DNA from: Spirochaetia bacterium
GTDB lineage: Bacteria; Spirochaetota; Spirochaetia; DSM-27196; Salinispiraceae
Reading direction: 5' to 3'
DNA: 64,000 nucleotides
NCBI GenBank assembly: GCA_038204425.1
Contig: JBBRCZ010000005.1
Location: forward strand, 96,001 to 160,000
Shown here: positions 27,509-37,638 of the stretch, one piece after another
Numbering within the stretch: the first letter of the stretch is position 1
Layout of the letters: the number at the start of each line of letters is the position of its first letter
Made by a program: the position numbers and the translations under genes
Notes under the pieces: model-generated
Told to the model about the DNA's origin: nothing
The model's input: only the letters and a program-made list of their open reading frames with translations
Database searches by the model: none

Positions 27509-28606
27509 ATGGCTAAAGCGCAACGAGGAAAAATTGACATTCCCATGAAGGTAGTTTTTACCGAAGATGGGGTTATTTATTTCACGTCTCAGAACAAAAA
27601 GATAAGCCGTTTTAAGCTTTCTGATGGCGCTGAAGAATATGGCATCCAAGTAGTGGATTTTTCGCCAGCTACTATTCAAAGAATGCAACTCTTGGGCTAT
27701 ATCAACAAGTTTGAACTGCCCGCAAATGACATTCTGCAAAAACGCAAAGAGTTTATTGACTTGGTAAAGCTATTGACTTATGGCATGCTTTACCGGCAGT
27801 TTGACACTACAGTTTTTGATGCGCTAGTGGAATCCGAACTAATCAAAACGTGGAATCGACATAACGTAAAGAACCCGATAGATCACAAAACTCGTATCAA
27901 CAATCAAGTCTTGTCAAACTTCTTAGAAAAAAACGAAGCGGCCGTCAATGAGATTAAACATTTGGTCCAAGAACCTGTGCTTCGTCGCATAAGCGCCAGC
28001 GAACACCTACAAGAGTCAGAAAAACGTATCCACGGTTTTCTTTCAGAAAAGTTTGTTTCCAACCTAAACTTACTGATTTACTTCATTCTTTCGGTGCACC
28101 ATGGTTCGCCATCTTACTTGCAACTAACGCGAATGATGCAGCAAAAGCTGGCTAACTATATGGATCGCTCGAGCATTCCCGAGTACCTTGCGCTTATGAT
28201 GGTCGAACTAATCACCAGTGTCAAAATGAGTAATGCGGGAGACTCACTCCAAAACTCGATTTTAAAAAATGACGACGAAGAAATTGTAGTCTTGTGCCGC
28301 ATAAGCAAAAAGAAGAACGAACCCGGTGACCGCGGCAAACTTCACTTTATGATTTCTAACCGCAAGTCTGGCTTTGAAAGCATTAAACAACAAATCAATA
28401 GTCGCATTACTACTACTGTAGCAGGAAAAAGTCTTAAGGACTTTTATGAAAGCAACTCGGATATGCAAGAAAGCATGCATCTGGGCTTGTACTACTTATC
28501 TTACCTTAATGAAGCATGCCGAAAAGTGAACATAAATTTTGAGTCGTTTATAAATCGAAACGAACGCGACAACCAAACTCTGATTCATTTGATTCTGTCC
28601 TTTTGA
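27509..28606 (+). CDS. Hypothetical protein, possible degenerate HATPase-like C-terminus
   Basis: 365-aa ORF with LALMMVELITSV, LHFMISN and HLGLYYL segments. Confidence 0.75.
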   Translation: MAKAQRGKIDIPMKVVFTEDGVIYFTSQNKKISRFKLSDGAEEYGIQVVDFSPATIQRMQLLGYINKFELPANDILQKRKEFIDLVKLLTYGMLYRQFDTTVFDALVESELIKTWNRHNVKNPIDHKTRINNQVLSNFLEKNEAAVNEIKHLVQEPVLRRISASEHLQESEKRIHGFLSEKFVSNLNLLIYFILSVHHGSPSYLQLTRMMQQKLANYMDRSSIPEYLALMMVELITSVKMSNAGDSLQNSILKNDDEEIVVLCRISKKKNEPGDRGKLHFMISNRKSGFESIKQQINSRITTTVAGKSLKDFYESNSDMQESMHLGLYYLSYLNEACRKVNINFESFINRNERDNQTLIHLILSF

Positions 28607-28664
28607 CTACAATGGCTTGCGGACTGCTTGAAGAAGCAGGGCATTAGTTTTAGAATGAGGAAGC

Positions 28665-30359
28665 ATGCATTTTTCGTCAGCTTCGTCTGAATTTAGGCAT
28701 AGTATCCGTACCTACCTCAATCACATAGTCGGATACGCTGACATTCTTATTGCCGATGCCCGTGAGTACGACAAGATAGAGTTTGTGCCAGCAGTTAACC
28801 AGCTTTTGCAGAATGCTGATGTAGTCAAACGTTTGATCTATTTTCACTTTGATCTTAACGATCTAAGCGGACAGGGTTCTACCTCAAAAGACATTAGAAA
28901 AGTGCTCTTTCAGCCTTTAATGCTACTTATCGGTGATACGCGCAAGTTGCTGCTCTTGTTTAGGCAGAGCGGAAAACAGTTTGTTAGAGACACCGAACAC
29001 CTGCTGAGTGAAGCCAATAAACTGCATGATCTGGTGGAATCAGAACTAATTGACCTAGAACTTCGCGAGTTGAGCACCCAACAAGAAAGCTCCACCTTCA
29101 ACAAACCGATTGCTGATGGCGGAGCTGAAGTCGAGATTGAGAAGTTGCCCTCAAGCCTTACTATTGTCCCTGATGAGAGCATCGAGGGCAGACGCGCAAA
29201 GATACCAGGCAGAATTCTCGTTATTGACGACAGTCCAGTCTATCATCGACTTATCAAGTTTCATCTAGAAGCACTTGGACACAAAGTTATCTGTTTTGAG
29301 AAAGTACTACCTGCTATAGAATTGCTCGAGTCCTCTCCCGAGGCTTTTGATATCATCATTTTGGATATTTTGATGCCGGACATGAGTGGCGCACACGCTC
29401 TAAAATTTCTGAAGCAACATGACACCTTGTACAAAATCCCCGTCATAATGATGTCGTCACTGGCGGATCCATCTGGTGTAGCGCGATGTATTCAATTGGG
29501 TGCTGAAGACTACATTCCAAAGGATTTTGACGTAATAATTCTTTGTGCGCGCCTAGATGCCTGTATGGAAAAAAAGCGTCTTCATGAGCAGCAGGCAATA
29601 TTTATTCAAGCCTTAATGCAGAGCAAACTCGACTTGGCTAACGAGCTTTCGGATGCGGCCGAATATATCGTCAGCCTGCTACCCCAGGCCTTAAAACAGA
29701 ATCCGGTCGCCAGTCTTGCCCTGATACCTTCTGCTCAGCTTGGCGGAGATTTCTGTGCCTACCATTGGCTCGATGAGAACAAACTCGCAATCTACCTACT
29801 AGATATTAGCGGACATGGTATTCGATCATCACTTCTTGCGGTAAGTATTTCCAATCTTATCCTTAACCGTGGCTTGTCCAACGTAGATTTTGGCGATCCT
29901 GGCTCAGTAGTGAATGGAATCAATCGCGCTTTTCAAAACGAAAAAGCTTACAGTTTGTTTTTTAGCTTCTGGTATGGCGTCTATGACAAAAAAACCAACC
30001 ATCTTGTCTACTCGAGCGGTGGAAGTCCTCCGGCTTGTGTGGTAAAAAAGTCGCAACCCGACCAAATTCTAGAACTGGAATCAGGCGATCTGGTCTTAGG
30101 AGCTGACGAAGGCTATGCCTATCCAAAGTACACTGTAGACCTAGAACCCGGTGACAAGCTCTATATCTATAGCGACGGTCTTTTTGAGATCAGTAAACCC
30201 AACGGAAGATCACTTGGTTTGGCAGAGTTTCACAACTTAATCGCCCTACAAAAAGGAAACCCCGAAGAAGACATCAACAACCTTATTCAATCGGTGCTTG
30301 CTCTTACTATGAGCGACGTTTTTGAGGACGACATTAGCATTATTTCTCTCCAGGTTTGA
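28665..30359 (+). CDS. DHp-like + REC + SpoIIE/PP2C phosphatase
   Basis: FRHSIRTYLNHIVGYADIL (H-box-like); RILVIDDS..IILDILMPDMSG..YIPKD (REC); LGGDF, LDISGHG, YSDGL, EDDIS (PP2C). Confidence 0.92.
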   Translation: MHFSSASSEFRHSIRTYLNHIVGYADILIADAREYDKIEFVPAVNQLLQNADVVKRLIYFHFDLNDLSGQGSTSKDIRKVLFQPLMLLIGDTRKLLLLFRQSGKQFVRDTEHLLSEANKLHDLVESELIDLELRELSTQQESSTFNKPIADGGAEVEIEKLPSSLTIVPDESIEGRRAKIPGRILVIDDSPVYHRLIKFHLEALGHKVICFEKVLPAIELLESSPEAFDIIILDILMPDMSGAHALKFLKQHDTLYKIPVIMMSSLADPSGVARCIQLGAEDYIPKDFDVIILCARLDACMEKKRLHEQQAIFIQALMQSKLDLANELSDAAEYIVSLLPQALKQNPVASLALIPSAQLGGDFCAYHWLDENKLAIYLLDISGHGIRSSLLAVSISNLILNRGLSNVDFGDPGSVVNGINRAFQNEKAYSLFFSFWYGVYDKKTNHLVYSSGGSPPACVVKKSQPDQILELESGDLVLGADEGYAYPKYTVDLEPGDKLYIYSDGLFEISKPNGRSLGLAEFHNLIALQKGNPEEDINNLIQSVLALTMSDVFEDDISIISLQV

Positions 30360-33300
30360 CGTCCTTCTTTTTGACTGGTTTTGCCCTTTTGCTAGATATG
30401 CTAATTTGAGCCTTTAGTTCGTCAAACTTATAGTCTGACTTTTCCATCAGCTTTAACCACTCATGGTTTCGTTGAACTATCGATTGCATGTGTTCTGGAT
30501 CAAACTCACTCTTGTCAATCAAGATCCAAATGCTTGACCACCAAACCAAATCAATAAATCGCTCACGATTGAACCATCGCACGCCGTCGTAGTAGTTAAC
30601 TTGTAAGAACTCTTGCAATTCCATGTACGTCAGTGCGTCCAAAATATCGACGTTTTTGTGAGCTTCATTTTGCCCGCTGGGGATCATGCTCAAAACGACT
30701 GACAATGGACCTACTTGATAGCGGAAGTCACCGATCTGAGCAACTTTATACTGCAAACCCCACTCTTCGTTTTCTTCACCAAGACAGTTTAATAGGATCA
30801 TGCAAATAACTCGATAGCAAGCATCGGTCTTCTCTACTTGATCTAGAATATAGTGAGCGGCCTTCTTCAATTTGGCTTCTGTCTTGGGTGAATCCAAGTT
30901 CTTGAGGGAATCAAACAAAGTGCAGAAGTTTTTGAAGCGACTTTCAAACTTTTCTGGTATCTGAAGATAGCGACTTTGGTCTGGGCTGTAGGAAGATGTC
31001 TGCTCAATAAAGGCATGCAAGCCGGCGCTGAACAGGTCAAATTCTTCTTGGCTTCGTTTTACATTGTGAACCAGGTCCAGTGCTGCTTTCCACCACTCGG
31101 GTCCAAGTGTTTTGGCAAAACTATCATAGATTGGACCGAGCACAAGTTCTTTAATTGCCTCTTGGATGTCCTGAGTGCCAGCACCGCCAAGATGATCGTG
31201 CAGCTGTCTATAGTGCCGATAAGCATTGTCAGCTACTTCGTTGATCTCAAGATAGATCTGACTTTGGTAGCCGTTGAGGATAATGCCGAGTCCGTGTTCA
31301 CAAATATCACTAGAACGACGAATATACCAAAGATTACTGCGTTGCTCTCGCATCAGACAGTAAGAATCTTGGTCGTTTTTAAGTCCAAGCCCCTCACCCA
31401 GATTGGTCTGAATCGACTGTTTATCGGTACCGCCGGTTTTTTGTGCGTAGGGGACCGAAATCTTGATCGTGCCTTGGGCAGCCTCATAATTGTTGTTGTA
31501 AAGTATTAGACAGCGTTCTGGCCCAAAAGTATTGCTGTAGGCAAAAACATTTTCGTTGACCGACCCGTCAAAACCATTGAGGTCATAGATATAGAAGCTA
31601 TCCACTCCTGCAAACAGATAGCGCTTCTTCAAGAGAGGGAATATTTCGCGGTAGTGGCGTTCGATGAGATTTTGGTCTTCGGATTCTTCTTTATAGGCGC
31701 GGCGATACTCCATGCCATATTTTTCGGTGTAGCCTTCAATTTGGCCGTGCCCAAACATCGGTAGTCCTGGCATAGTTGCCATCAAGGTACACACACCAAA
31801 ATACTTGTCGCCCTTGCCAAACTGAGCTTCTGCAGTTTCTTCATCAGGGTTATTCATAAAGTTGACAAAACGCTTGAGAATATCTTTGTCAAAAGAGATA
31901 GTATTTTTGATAGTTTGACGATACTTGGCATTCTCTTCGGCTTTGAGCATATTCATAAAGGCCGAATTATATACACGATGCATACCCAGAGTGCGCACAA
32001 AATAGCCTTCCATCATCCAGAAAGCCTCGGCCAAAAGCAACGTGTCAGGGGCCTCCACCGCGCATCGGTCAACGACTTCTCTCCAAAACTCTTGAGGAAT
32101 CGCCGCATTAAATTCGGCCGCGGACATACCATGCTCTGAGCGTGAAGGAATGTCGCCTCCGTGCCCTGGTTCAGGAAACCAAAGTCTCTGGATATGTCGT
32201 TTGGCTAGCGTCATTGCAGCATCAAAACGAATTATGGGAAAATTCTTGGCAACGTGCACTATGGTTTGAATAACTGCTTCTCTAACCTCAGCCTTGAGGA
32301 AATTAAGCTGGGCTGTGTCGTTCCACGGCATGTGAGTGCCGTCATTTCCGTGATAAATGTAACGAGTATCGCCGGAACGATGATCGACTCGTTTAAAAAC
32401 AACCGCAGCATCGCTTTGGTTGTAGTAGTGGTCTTCTAGATACAGTCCTATTTGTTGATTGTCTGAAAGATTCTCGCTATTGAAGGTATAGCTCGAATAG
32501 GGCGGGTAGCTGGACTGGACATACCAGTCAGGGTGCTCAAGCACCCAAGTGCTCTCGATGCCTGTATGATTGGGGACCATATCGCTCGCCAGTCTAATGC
32601 CACGATTCCATGCTCGCCAACGAAGGTTTTCTAAACCAGCCCAAGCGCCAATTTCGTCGGCAATGTCATAGTCATATAAGGCGTAGGCGCTGGCAGCGGC
32701 GTCAGGGTTTCCGCAACGATGCTTAATTTTTCGACTTGCGTCAGATCGCTTCCATAGACCTATCAGCCACAGTGAATTAAATCCTCGACCGGCAATGCCG
32801 TCCAGTTCTTCATCAGGTATTTGGTCAAGTCTGGTAATAGCGGCACCATATTTTTTGGAAAGCTGATCCAACCAAACTAGGGTAGTTTTGGCAAGCATTA
32901 CGACGCGCGGCATCCAGTCCCTGTCGGGACTGAATCGTTCATATTCTTCATTTCCTGAACCATGAAACTCGAGTATTTTGCTTTCTTTTCCTGGGCTACC
33001 CATGCCTTGTCGCAGAAAATAGGCATTGACCTCTTTGAGGTAGTCAATGCTGCGTAGAAGTCGGGCTAAGAGATCCCCAAGGATATTTCCCCATTTTTTT
33101 TGAATATACTCGAGCTGTAGGTCCAATGAATGTGGATGAACCATTGCCGGGGCGCGTAGCATATCGACTAAATTTTGATTTTCGGGCCCAAAAAAGGGTA
33201 AAGCACTACAGAGAGTGTAGATTTCGTTTATTACTTCGGAATATGAGCAGGTTTTTTCTAGATTGCTGTCATCAAAAAGGTCTTTAGCGATTTCAAAAGC

Positions 33301-33747
33301 CGGATTCTGATTCTCTATCCAAAGCATCAACATTTCTTCTAACTCTTGCGCCCAACCACTTAAGTCGTCGTGCTGGGCATCAAGCCAAGAGTCTAGATCA
33401 ATTTCTTGTCGATAGACGGGCGATGGAGGAAATTGCTGTGCAAATTTTCTGACGCAGTTCTTGAGACGCTTTTCGCCGAGAGAAGCTTGTACACTGTCCC
33501 AGACGTGCTGCGAAAATGGCTTGCCCAAAACTTTTCCATAGCTCTGCAGGACAAAGTGCAATATTTCGTCAATGAGTCCCATCGCGAATATGTCTTGATA
33601 GCGCAGTCCCGGATGCTGAGTTTGGATCTTCTTCCCAAACTCTCTGGCTGAGGTAAGGCTGTAAAAAATAACCGGACCACGCAAAGAAAAAATAGCTTGA
33701 TCAAAATCATACTTGTCTCGTGCCTTCTTGCTGATGTGAAATTCCAT
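30340..33747 (-). CDS. Large GH13 alpha-amylase family glycoside hydrolase
   Basis: DMVPNH, RFDAAM (nucleophile), LAEAFW (acid/base), NNPDEE. Confidence 0.9.
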   Translation of the reverse strand: MEFHISKKARDKYDFDQAIFSLRGPVIFYSLTSAREFGKKIQTQHPGLRYQDIFAMGLIDEILHFVLQSYGKVLGKPFSQHVWDSVQASLGEKRLKNCVRKFAQQFPPSPVYRQEIDLDSWLDAQHDDLSGWAQELEEMLMLWIENQNPAFEIAKDLFDDSNLEKTCSYSEVINEIYTLCSALPFFGPENQNLVDMLRAPAMVHPHSLDLQLEYIQKKWGNILGDLLARLLRSIDYLKEVNAYFLRQGMGSPGKESKILEFHGSGNEEYERFSPDRDWMPRVVMLAKTTLVWLDQLSKKYGAAITRLDQIPDEELDGIAGRGFNSLWLIGLWKRSDASRKIKHRCGNPDAAASAYALYDYDIADEIGAWAGLENLRWRAWNRGIRLASDMVPNHTGIESTWVLEHPDWYVQSSYPPYSSYTFNSENLSDNQQIGLYLEDHYYNQSDAAVVFKRVDHRSGDTRYIYHGNDGTHMPWNDTAQLNFLKAEVREAVIQTIVHVAKNFPIIRFDAAMTLAKRHIQRLWFPEPGHGGDIPSRSEHGMSAAEFNAAIPQEFWREVVDRCAVEAPDTLLLAEAFWMMEGYFVRTLGMHRVYNSAFMNMLKAEENAKYRQTIKNTISFDKDILKRFVNFMNNPDEETAEAQFGKGDKYFGVCTLMATMPGLPMFGHGQIEGYTEKYGMEYRRAYKEESEDQNLIERHYREIFPLLKKRYLFAGVDSFYIYDLNGFDGSVNENVFAYSNTFGPERCLILYNNNYEAAQGTIKISVPYAQKTGGTDKQSIQTNLGEGLGLKNDQDSYCLMREQRSNLWYIRRSSDICEHGLGIILNGYQSQIYLEINEVADNAYRHYRQLHDHLGGAGTQDIQEAIKELVLGPIYDSFAKTLGPEWWKAALDLVHNVKRSQEEFDLFSAGLHAFIEQTSSYSPDQSRYLQIPEKFESRFKNFCTLFDSLKNLDSPKTEAKLKKAAHYILDQVEKTDACYRVICMILLNCLGEENEEWGLQYKVAQIGDFRYQVGPLSVVLSMIPSGQNEAHKNVDILDALTYMELQEFLQVNYYDGVRWFNRERFIDLVWWSSIWILIDKSEFDPEHMQSIVQRNHEWLKLMEKSDYKFDELKAQISISSKRAKPVKKKDVKPGEK

Positions 33748-33779
33748 GGGTGCTCCTTCGAAAGCTTACGAATTGAACG

Positions 33780-35774
33780 TTAGATAGGCAACGTCCTTGA
33801 CTTACGATTCTTTACCAATTCTTTAATGGACTTAGAAAACGTTGCATGTTCTATGAGACTTTCAAGCGAAAATGGAATTCGATAGCTCCAGTTTGAACTT
33901 TGAATAGTCCCCGGAATGTTAATTCTTTCTTGCTTTGCATCTTCAATGCGCAAGTCGGCCTGCAAGGCAAACAGATCTTGGATTTGGAAAAGACAAAAGA
34001 CAGAATTGCATTCGAGAATACGCAGAATAACTTTTTTGGCGACATGCTCATCATACACTGATGGACACGGGTCTTCGAGTCCAAGAACCGACCAAAATCC
34101 AATTTTCTCGTCAGAACTTTCCCACCATTCACGCAAACTTGAGGTGTCGTGCACACTCGGCGCACAGACGGATAGAAATGGGTACTGCTTCAGATCAATG
34201 TACGGTTGTCCTGGAGCATCCCACGTCCTTGCCCAGCGAGGAATTTTTAAGCTGAGGATGCCATGCTGATTGAGAACCCCCGGAACGCAGTTAGGAATCA
34301 CCCCGAGGTCTTCTGCGCAGGTTAACATAGGTACAGTCTTAATCATAAACTGAAGCAATTTGGTACCCTGCTTTTCCCAGAGTTGTTCAGACTCAAAGGC
34401 ACGCTTAGCAACAAGATCGTGGAAGGATTGTTTTTCGGCCTCCGGCAAACTATAAAAGCGTTCGCATTCCGAAAGGTGCCATGCTGGACTATATAGACCT
34501 TCATCAACCAGAATTAGGGCGCGATCTTGGTAGATTTTGAGAATCACTTCTCGTTCTTCGTCAAATAAGGGTATCTCTTGAACGTCTCGTTCACCTCTTA
34601 GTTCTGGCTTAAAGACATATAGATCCTCATCTCCGAGACGATTGAAGCATCGTCCCATAACCTCAATTGACCGCATGCCAAACTTGTCCCGAATGCTTTG
34701 ACCCGAGATGTGCGGCTCAACTAACCACTTGATTCGAGCCTCATCAAAACCTATTGAAAACAAATCGTTTCTGCTCAAAAAAATTGACGGTTGGAAATAA
34801 CCCAAAAGACCGTCCTTGTGATGTCTGTCGATGGTCCAGATTCTAAAAAACCCTAGCACATGATCGATACGATACGCGTGGTAAAACTTGTCAGCCTGCT
34901 TAAGACGATCGCGCCACCATTGATAGTCGTGTTTTTGCAAATAGTCCCAGTTATAAATTGGAAAACCCCAGTTTTGACCCATTTTGGAAAACATGTCAGG
35001 TGGTGCTCCGGCTCGAAGATCTAGATGAAAGTTTTGTCCATGTGCCCAAACATCCACGCTATCTTCGTTCATCATTATAGGCAGATCACCTTTAAGCAGA
35101 ATTCCATTTTTGTTTAAGTATTGCGCGGCTGCCAAAAACTGTTCTTCAAGTCGGAATTGCAACCATGCAAAAAACAAGGCTTTTTCGTTGAGCTTAGGGT
35201 CTTTCCAGATCCGTTCTATAACATCATTGTTGCCAAAACGATACTCCGGTCTCCACCCCTGCCAGCCTTCATTGCGATGCATTACTTTTAGTGCCTTAAA
35301 TGCAGCGTAGTCGCGCGCCCAGCCATTCTTGCTGAGCCATTTTGTGAAAACCGCATCTGCTGCTATTGTTGCATGGCTATACTTAAATATTTCCTCGAGT
35401 ATGCTGAGCTTGGCCTTTAGCACCGAACCATACTCTACTCTTGGCAAAGCCTCAAACTTCTTTTTAGCGCTCTCCAGACTTTTTTGTACCTGTTTGGTTG
35501 CTTCTGTCTCAAGAGCTAAAAACTCGGGCAGGTTTATAATTCGCATATAAGCCGGATGTAAAGCAAAAGCAGAAAGTGCATTGTAGGGCGACGAATCGTC
35601 GCCAGTGTCATTGACAGGCAAGAGCTGAATAATATCAAGATCAGCCGCTTTGCACCAATCCGAAAGCAGCACCAAGTCGGCAAATTCCCCGCAACCAAGA
35701 GAGTCCTTGGTACGTAGTGAAAAGACCGGAACAAGCACACCAGTAGAAAATTGTGAGAAACCAGAGAATTTCAT
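33780..35774 (-). CDS. malQ: 4-alpha-glucanotransferase (GH77)
   Basis: GAPPD, GQNWGFP, YRIDHVLGFFR, AEDLG, VHDTSSLR, RINIPGT. ATG 35774. Confidence 0.96.
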   Translation of the reverse strand: MKFSGFSQFSTGVLVPVFSLRTKDSLGCGEFADLVLLSDWCKAADLDIIQLLPVNDTGDDSSPYNALSAFALHPAYMRIINLPEFLALETEATKQVQKSLESAKKKFEALPRVEYGSVLKAKLSILEEIFKYSHATIAADAVFTKWLSKNGWARDYAAFKALKVMHRNEGWQGWRPEYRFGNNDVIERIWKDPKLNEKALFFAWLQFRLEEQFLAAAQYLNKNGILLKGDLPIMMNEDSVDVWAHGQNFHLDLRAGAPPDMFSKMGQNWGFPIYNWDYLQKHDYQWWRDRLKQADKFYHAYRIDHVLGFFRIWTIDRHHKDGLLGYFQPSIFLSRNDLFSIGFDEARIKWLVEPHISGQSIRDKFGMRSIEVMGRCFNRLGDEDLYVFKPELRGERDVQEIPLFDEEREVILKIYQDRALILVDEGLYSPAWHLSECERFYSLPEAEKQSFHDLVAKRAFESEQLWEKQGTKLLQFMIKTVPMLTCAEDLGVIPNCVPGVLNQHGILSLKIPRWARTWDAPGQPYIDLKQYPFLSVCAPSVHDTSSLREWWESSDEKIGFWSVLGLEDPCPSVYDEHVAKKVILRILECNSVFCLFQIQDLFALQADLRIEDAKQERINIPGTIQSSNWSYRIPFSLESLIEHATFSKSIKELVKNRKSRTLPI

Positions 35775-35849
35775 GGCACTTCCTCTCTTTTTAAGTATAC
35801 GATCGGCCCACATAGCTTTACAAGATACATGGTTTTCAAGATATAAAGT

Positions 35850-37613
35850 ATGTCTATGAATTCTTTATTCTATGCTAAAATCGGCATTATTCCTCATTTC
35901 CTTCTTGGTTTATTGATATGTTTAAACACTATTGGTATTAGCGCACAGGTCTCAGGCAGCTATCTTACATTTACCAGCCTCAACAAGCTGTATCTGTCCG
36001 CTGATGGTGGGACAAGCTGGCAAACAGTTGATGCCTACAAGGATATAAATAAGACTGTTTACTTTACGGCAAGTGCTGTAAACAATAAAGATCCAAGTAA
36101 GATCTTGCTTGGAACGTCTTTTGAGGGTATCTACGAAAGCGTAGATGGTGGCAAAAACTGGAAGTTTATCTCTGAATCGCGGTTCTTCCGCCCACTGAGT
36201 CAGGGTGCCGGCTTTTTTGATGAAGTTGTTGCGCTTTCTTATGATCGAAACAACGAAAATGATATCTTCTTTCGTATAGGTTTTGGCGGACAAAGTTACC
36301 ATTATCAACGGGCACAAAAAAAGCTTACAGTTATAGACCCGCAGAGCGCCGAATTCGCATGGTTGCCTAGTTCCTTTAGGTGGAACTTTTCGAATACACC
36401 AATGCAAGCCGGGTGGCAGCTAAGTTTGCCCGACTTGGCGGGTCACCCTCGCCCTAGTTCGATACATCAGCCTGGGCCAAGCGATAGTGAAATTTTGGCA
36501 GTTCAAAAGGACCCAAACCGGCAAAAACGCCTCGCCTTGGCTGCAGAGAAGCGCGGAATTTACCTCAACCCCAACCAAGCCTCCAATCGAAACATACAAA
36601 AAAATCTCGATTTGGTAGTCAAACAGGGTATGAACAGCATAGTAGTAGATTTTAAGGATGACCAAGGATTATTGACTTATAACAGTACTATTCCACTTGC
36701 TAAAGAAATGAGAGCAATCAACCAAAGAATAGACGTTAACAATATTGTAAAGTTAGCCCATGAGCGAAACATCTATGTCATTGCTCGCATTGTAATTTTT
36801 AAGGATAAGAAACTTTTCGCTTACAACAAGAATGCACATGCTATATGGGACAGGAATAGCAACAAACCCTGGGGGGTCTGGCGCGAACAAACAGTCGCAG
36901 CCCAAGGCGACCAGCCGGAAACCAAAACATGGGTTCAGACCGAATACTGGGTTGATCCCTATGATGATTTTGTTCATCAATACAATCTCGACATTGCCAA
37001 AGAGCTTCAAAGTCTCGGTGTAGACGAGATTCAACTCGACTACATTCGCTTTCCATCAGATGGCCATACTGCCAATATTCTGTGCCGCGGGAACAAAGAC
37101 GCCCAAGGCAATGTCATCCGCAAAGAAAGCATGGACGCCAGAGTGGAAGCGCTGACTTCTTTTCTGCGAAAAGTAAGACAAGCTATTAGTATTCCGATTG
37201 GAACGGACGTCTTTGGGTTTAACTCCTGGGCACGAATGAGTTATTTGGGTCAAGATATTCAGGCCTTTTCATATTTTGTGGACGTCATTTCGCCAATGAA
37301 TTATCCATCCCACTACGCCCGGGATTTTTTAGGAAACATGAAGTATTTCGACCGAGCTGAATTTATTTTTTCAGAAGGTTTAAAAAGAGCCCGCTGGATT
37401 GTCAACAATCGAACTATAATTAGACCATACATCCAAGCTTTTTTGCTGGGTGGGGAACGAAAATTTAGTGATCCGCAGATCTATAGCTACTTAAACAGGC
37501 AAGTGAAAGGTGGCTACACGGGCGGCGGTTCTGGATTTACTCTTTGGAACCAGTCGGGAAACTATTACATGATAGAACCCCGCAGCTTCAAGGAGAGTTT
37601 TACCCGCCCGTAA
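35850..37613 (+). CDS. Secreted putative glycoside hydrolase (DUF4015) with N-terminal BNR/Asp-box repeats
   Basis: SADGGTSW and SVDGGKNW Asp-boxes; VVDFKDDQG, IARIVIFKD, DEIQLDYIRFP, ISPMNYPSHY. Confidence 0.85.
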   Translation: MSMNSLFYAKIGIIPHFLLGLLICLNTIGISAQVSGSYLTFTSLNKLYLSADGGTSWQTVDAYKDINKTVYFTASAVNNKDPSKILLGTSFEGIYESVDGGKNWKFISESRFFRPLSQGAGFFDEVVALSYDRNNENDIFFRIGFGGQSYHYQRAQKKLTVIDPQSAEFAWLPSSFRWNFSNTPMQAGWQLSLPDLAGHPRPSSIHQPGPSDSEILAVQKDPNRQKRLALAAEKRGIYLNPNQASNRNIQKNLDLVVKQGMNSIVVDFKDDQGLLTYNSTIPLAKEMRAINQRIDVNNIVKLAHERNIYVIARIVIFKDKKLFAYNKNAHAIWDRNSNKPWGVWREQTVAAQGDQPETKTWVQTEYWVDPYDDFVHQYNLDIAKELQSLGVDEIQLDYIRFPSDGHTANILCRGNKDAQGNVIRKESMDARVEALTSFLRKVRQAISIPIGTDVFGFNSWARMSYLGQDIQAFSYFVDVISPMNYPSHYARDFLGNMKYFDRAEFIFSEGLKRARWIVNNRTIIRPYIQAFLLGGERKFSDPQIYSYLNRQVKGGYTGGGSGFTLWNQSGNYYMIEPRSFKESFTRP

Positions 37614-37638
37614 AAAAGCCAGCTAAGGGAGCTTTTTT

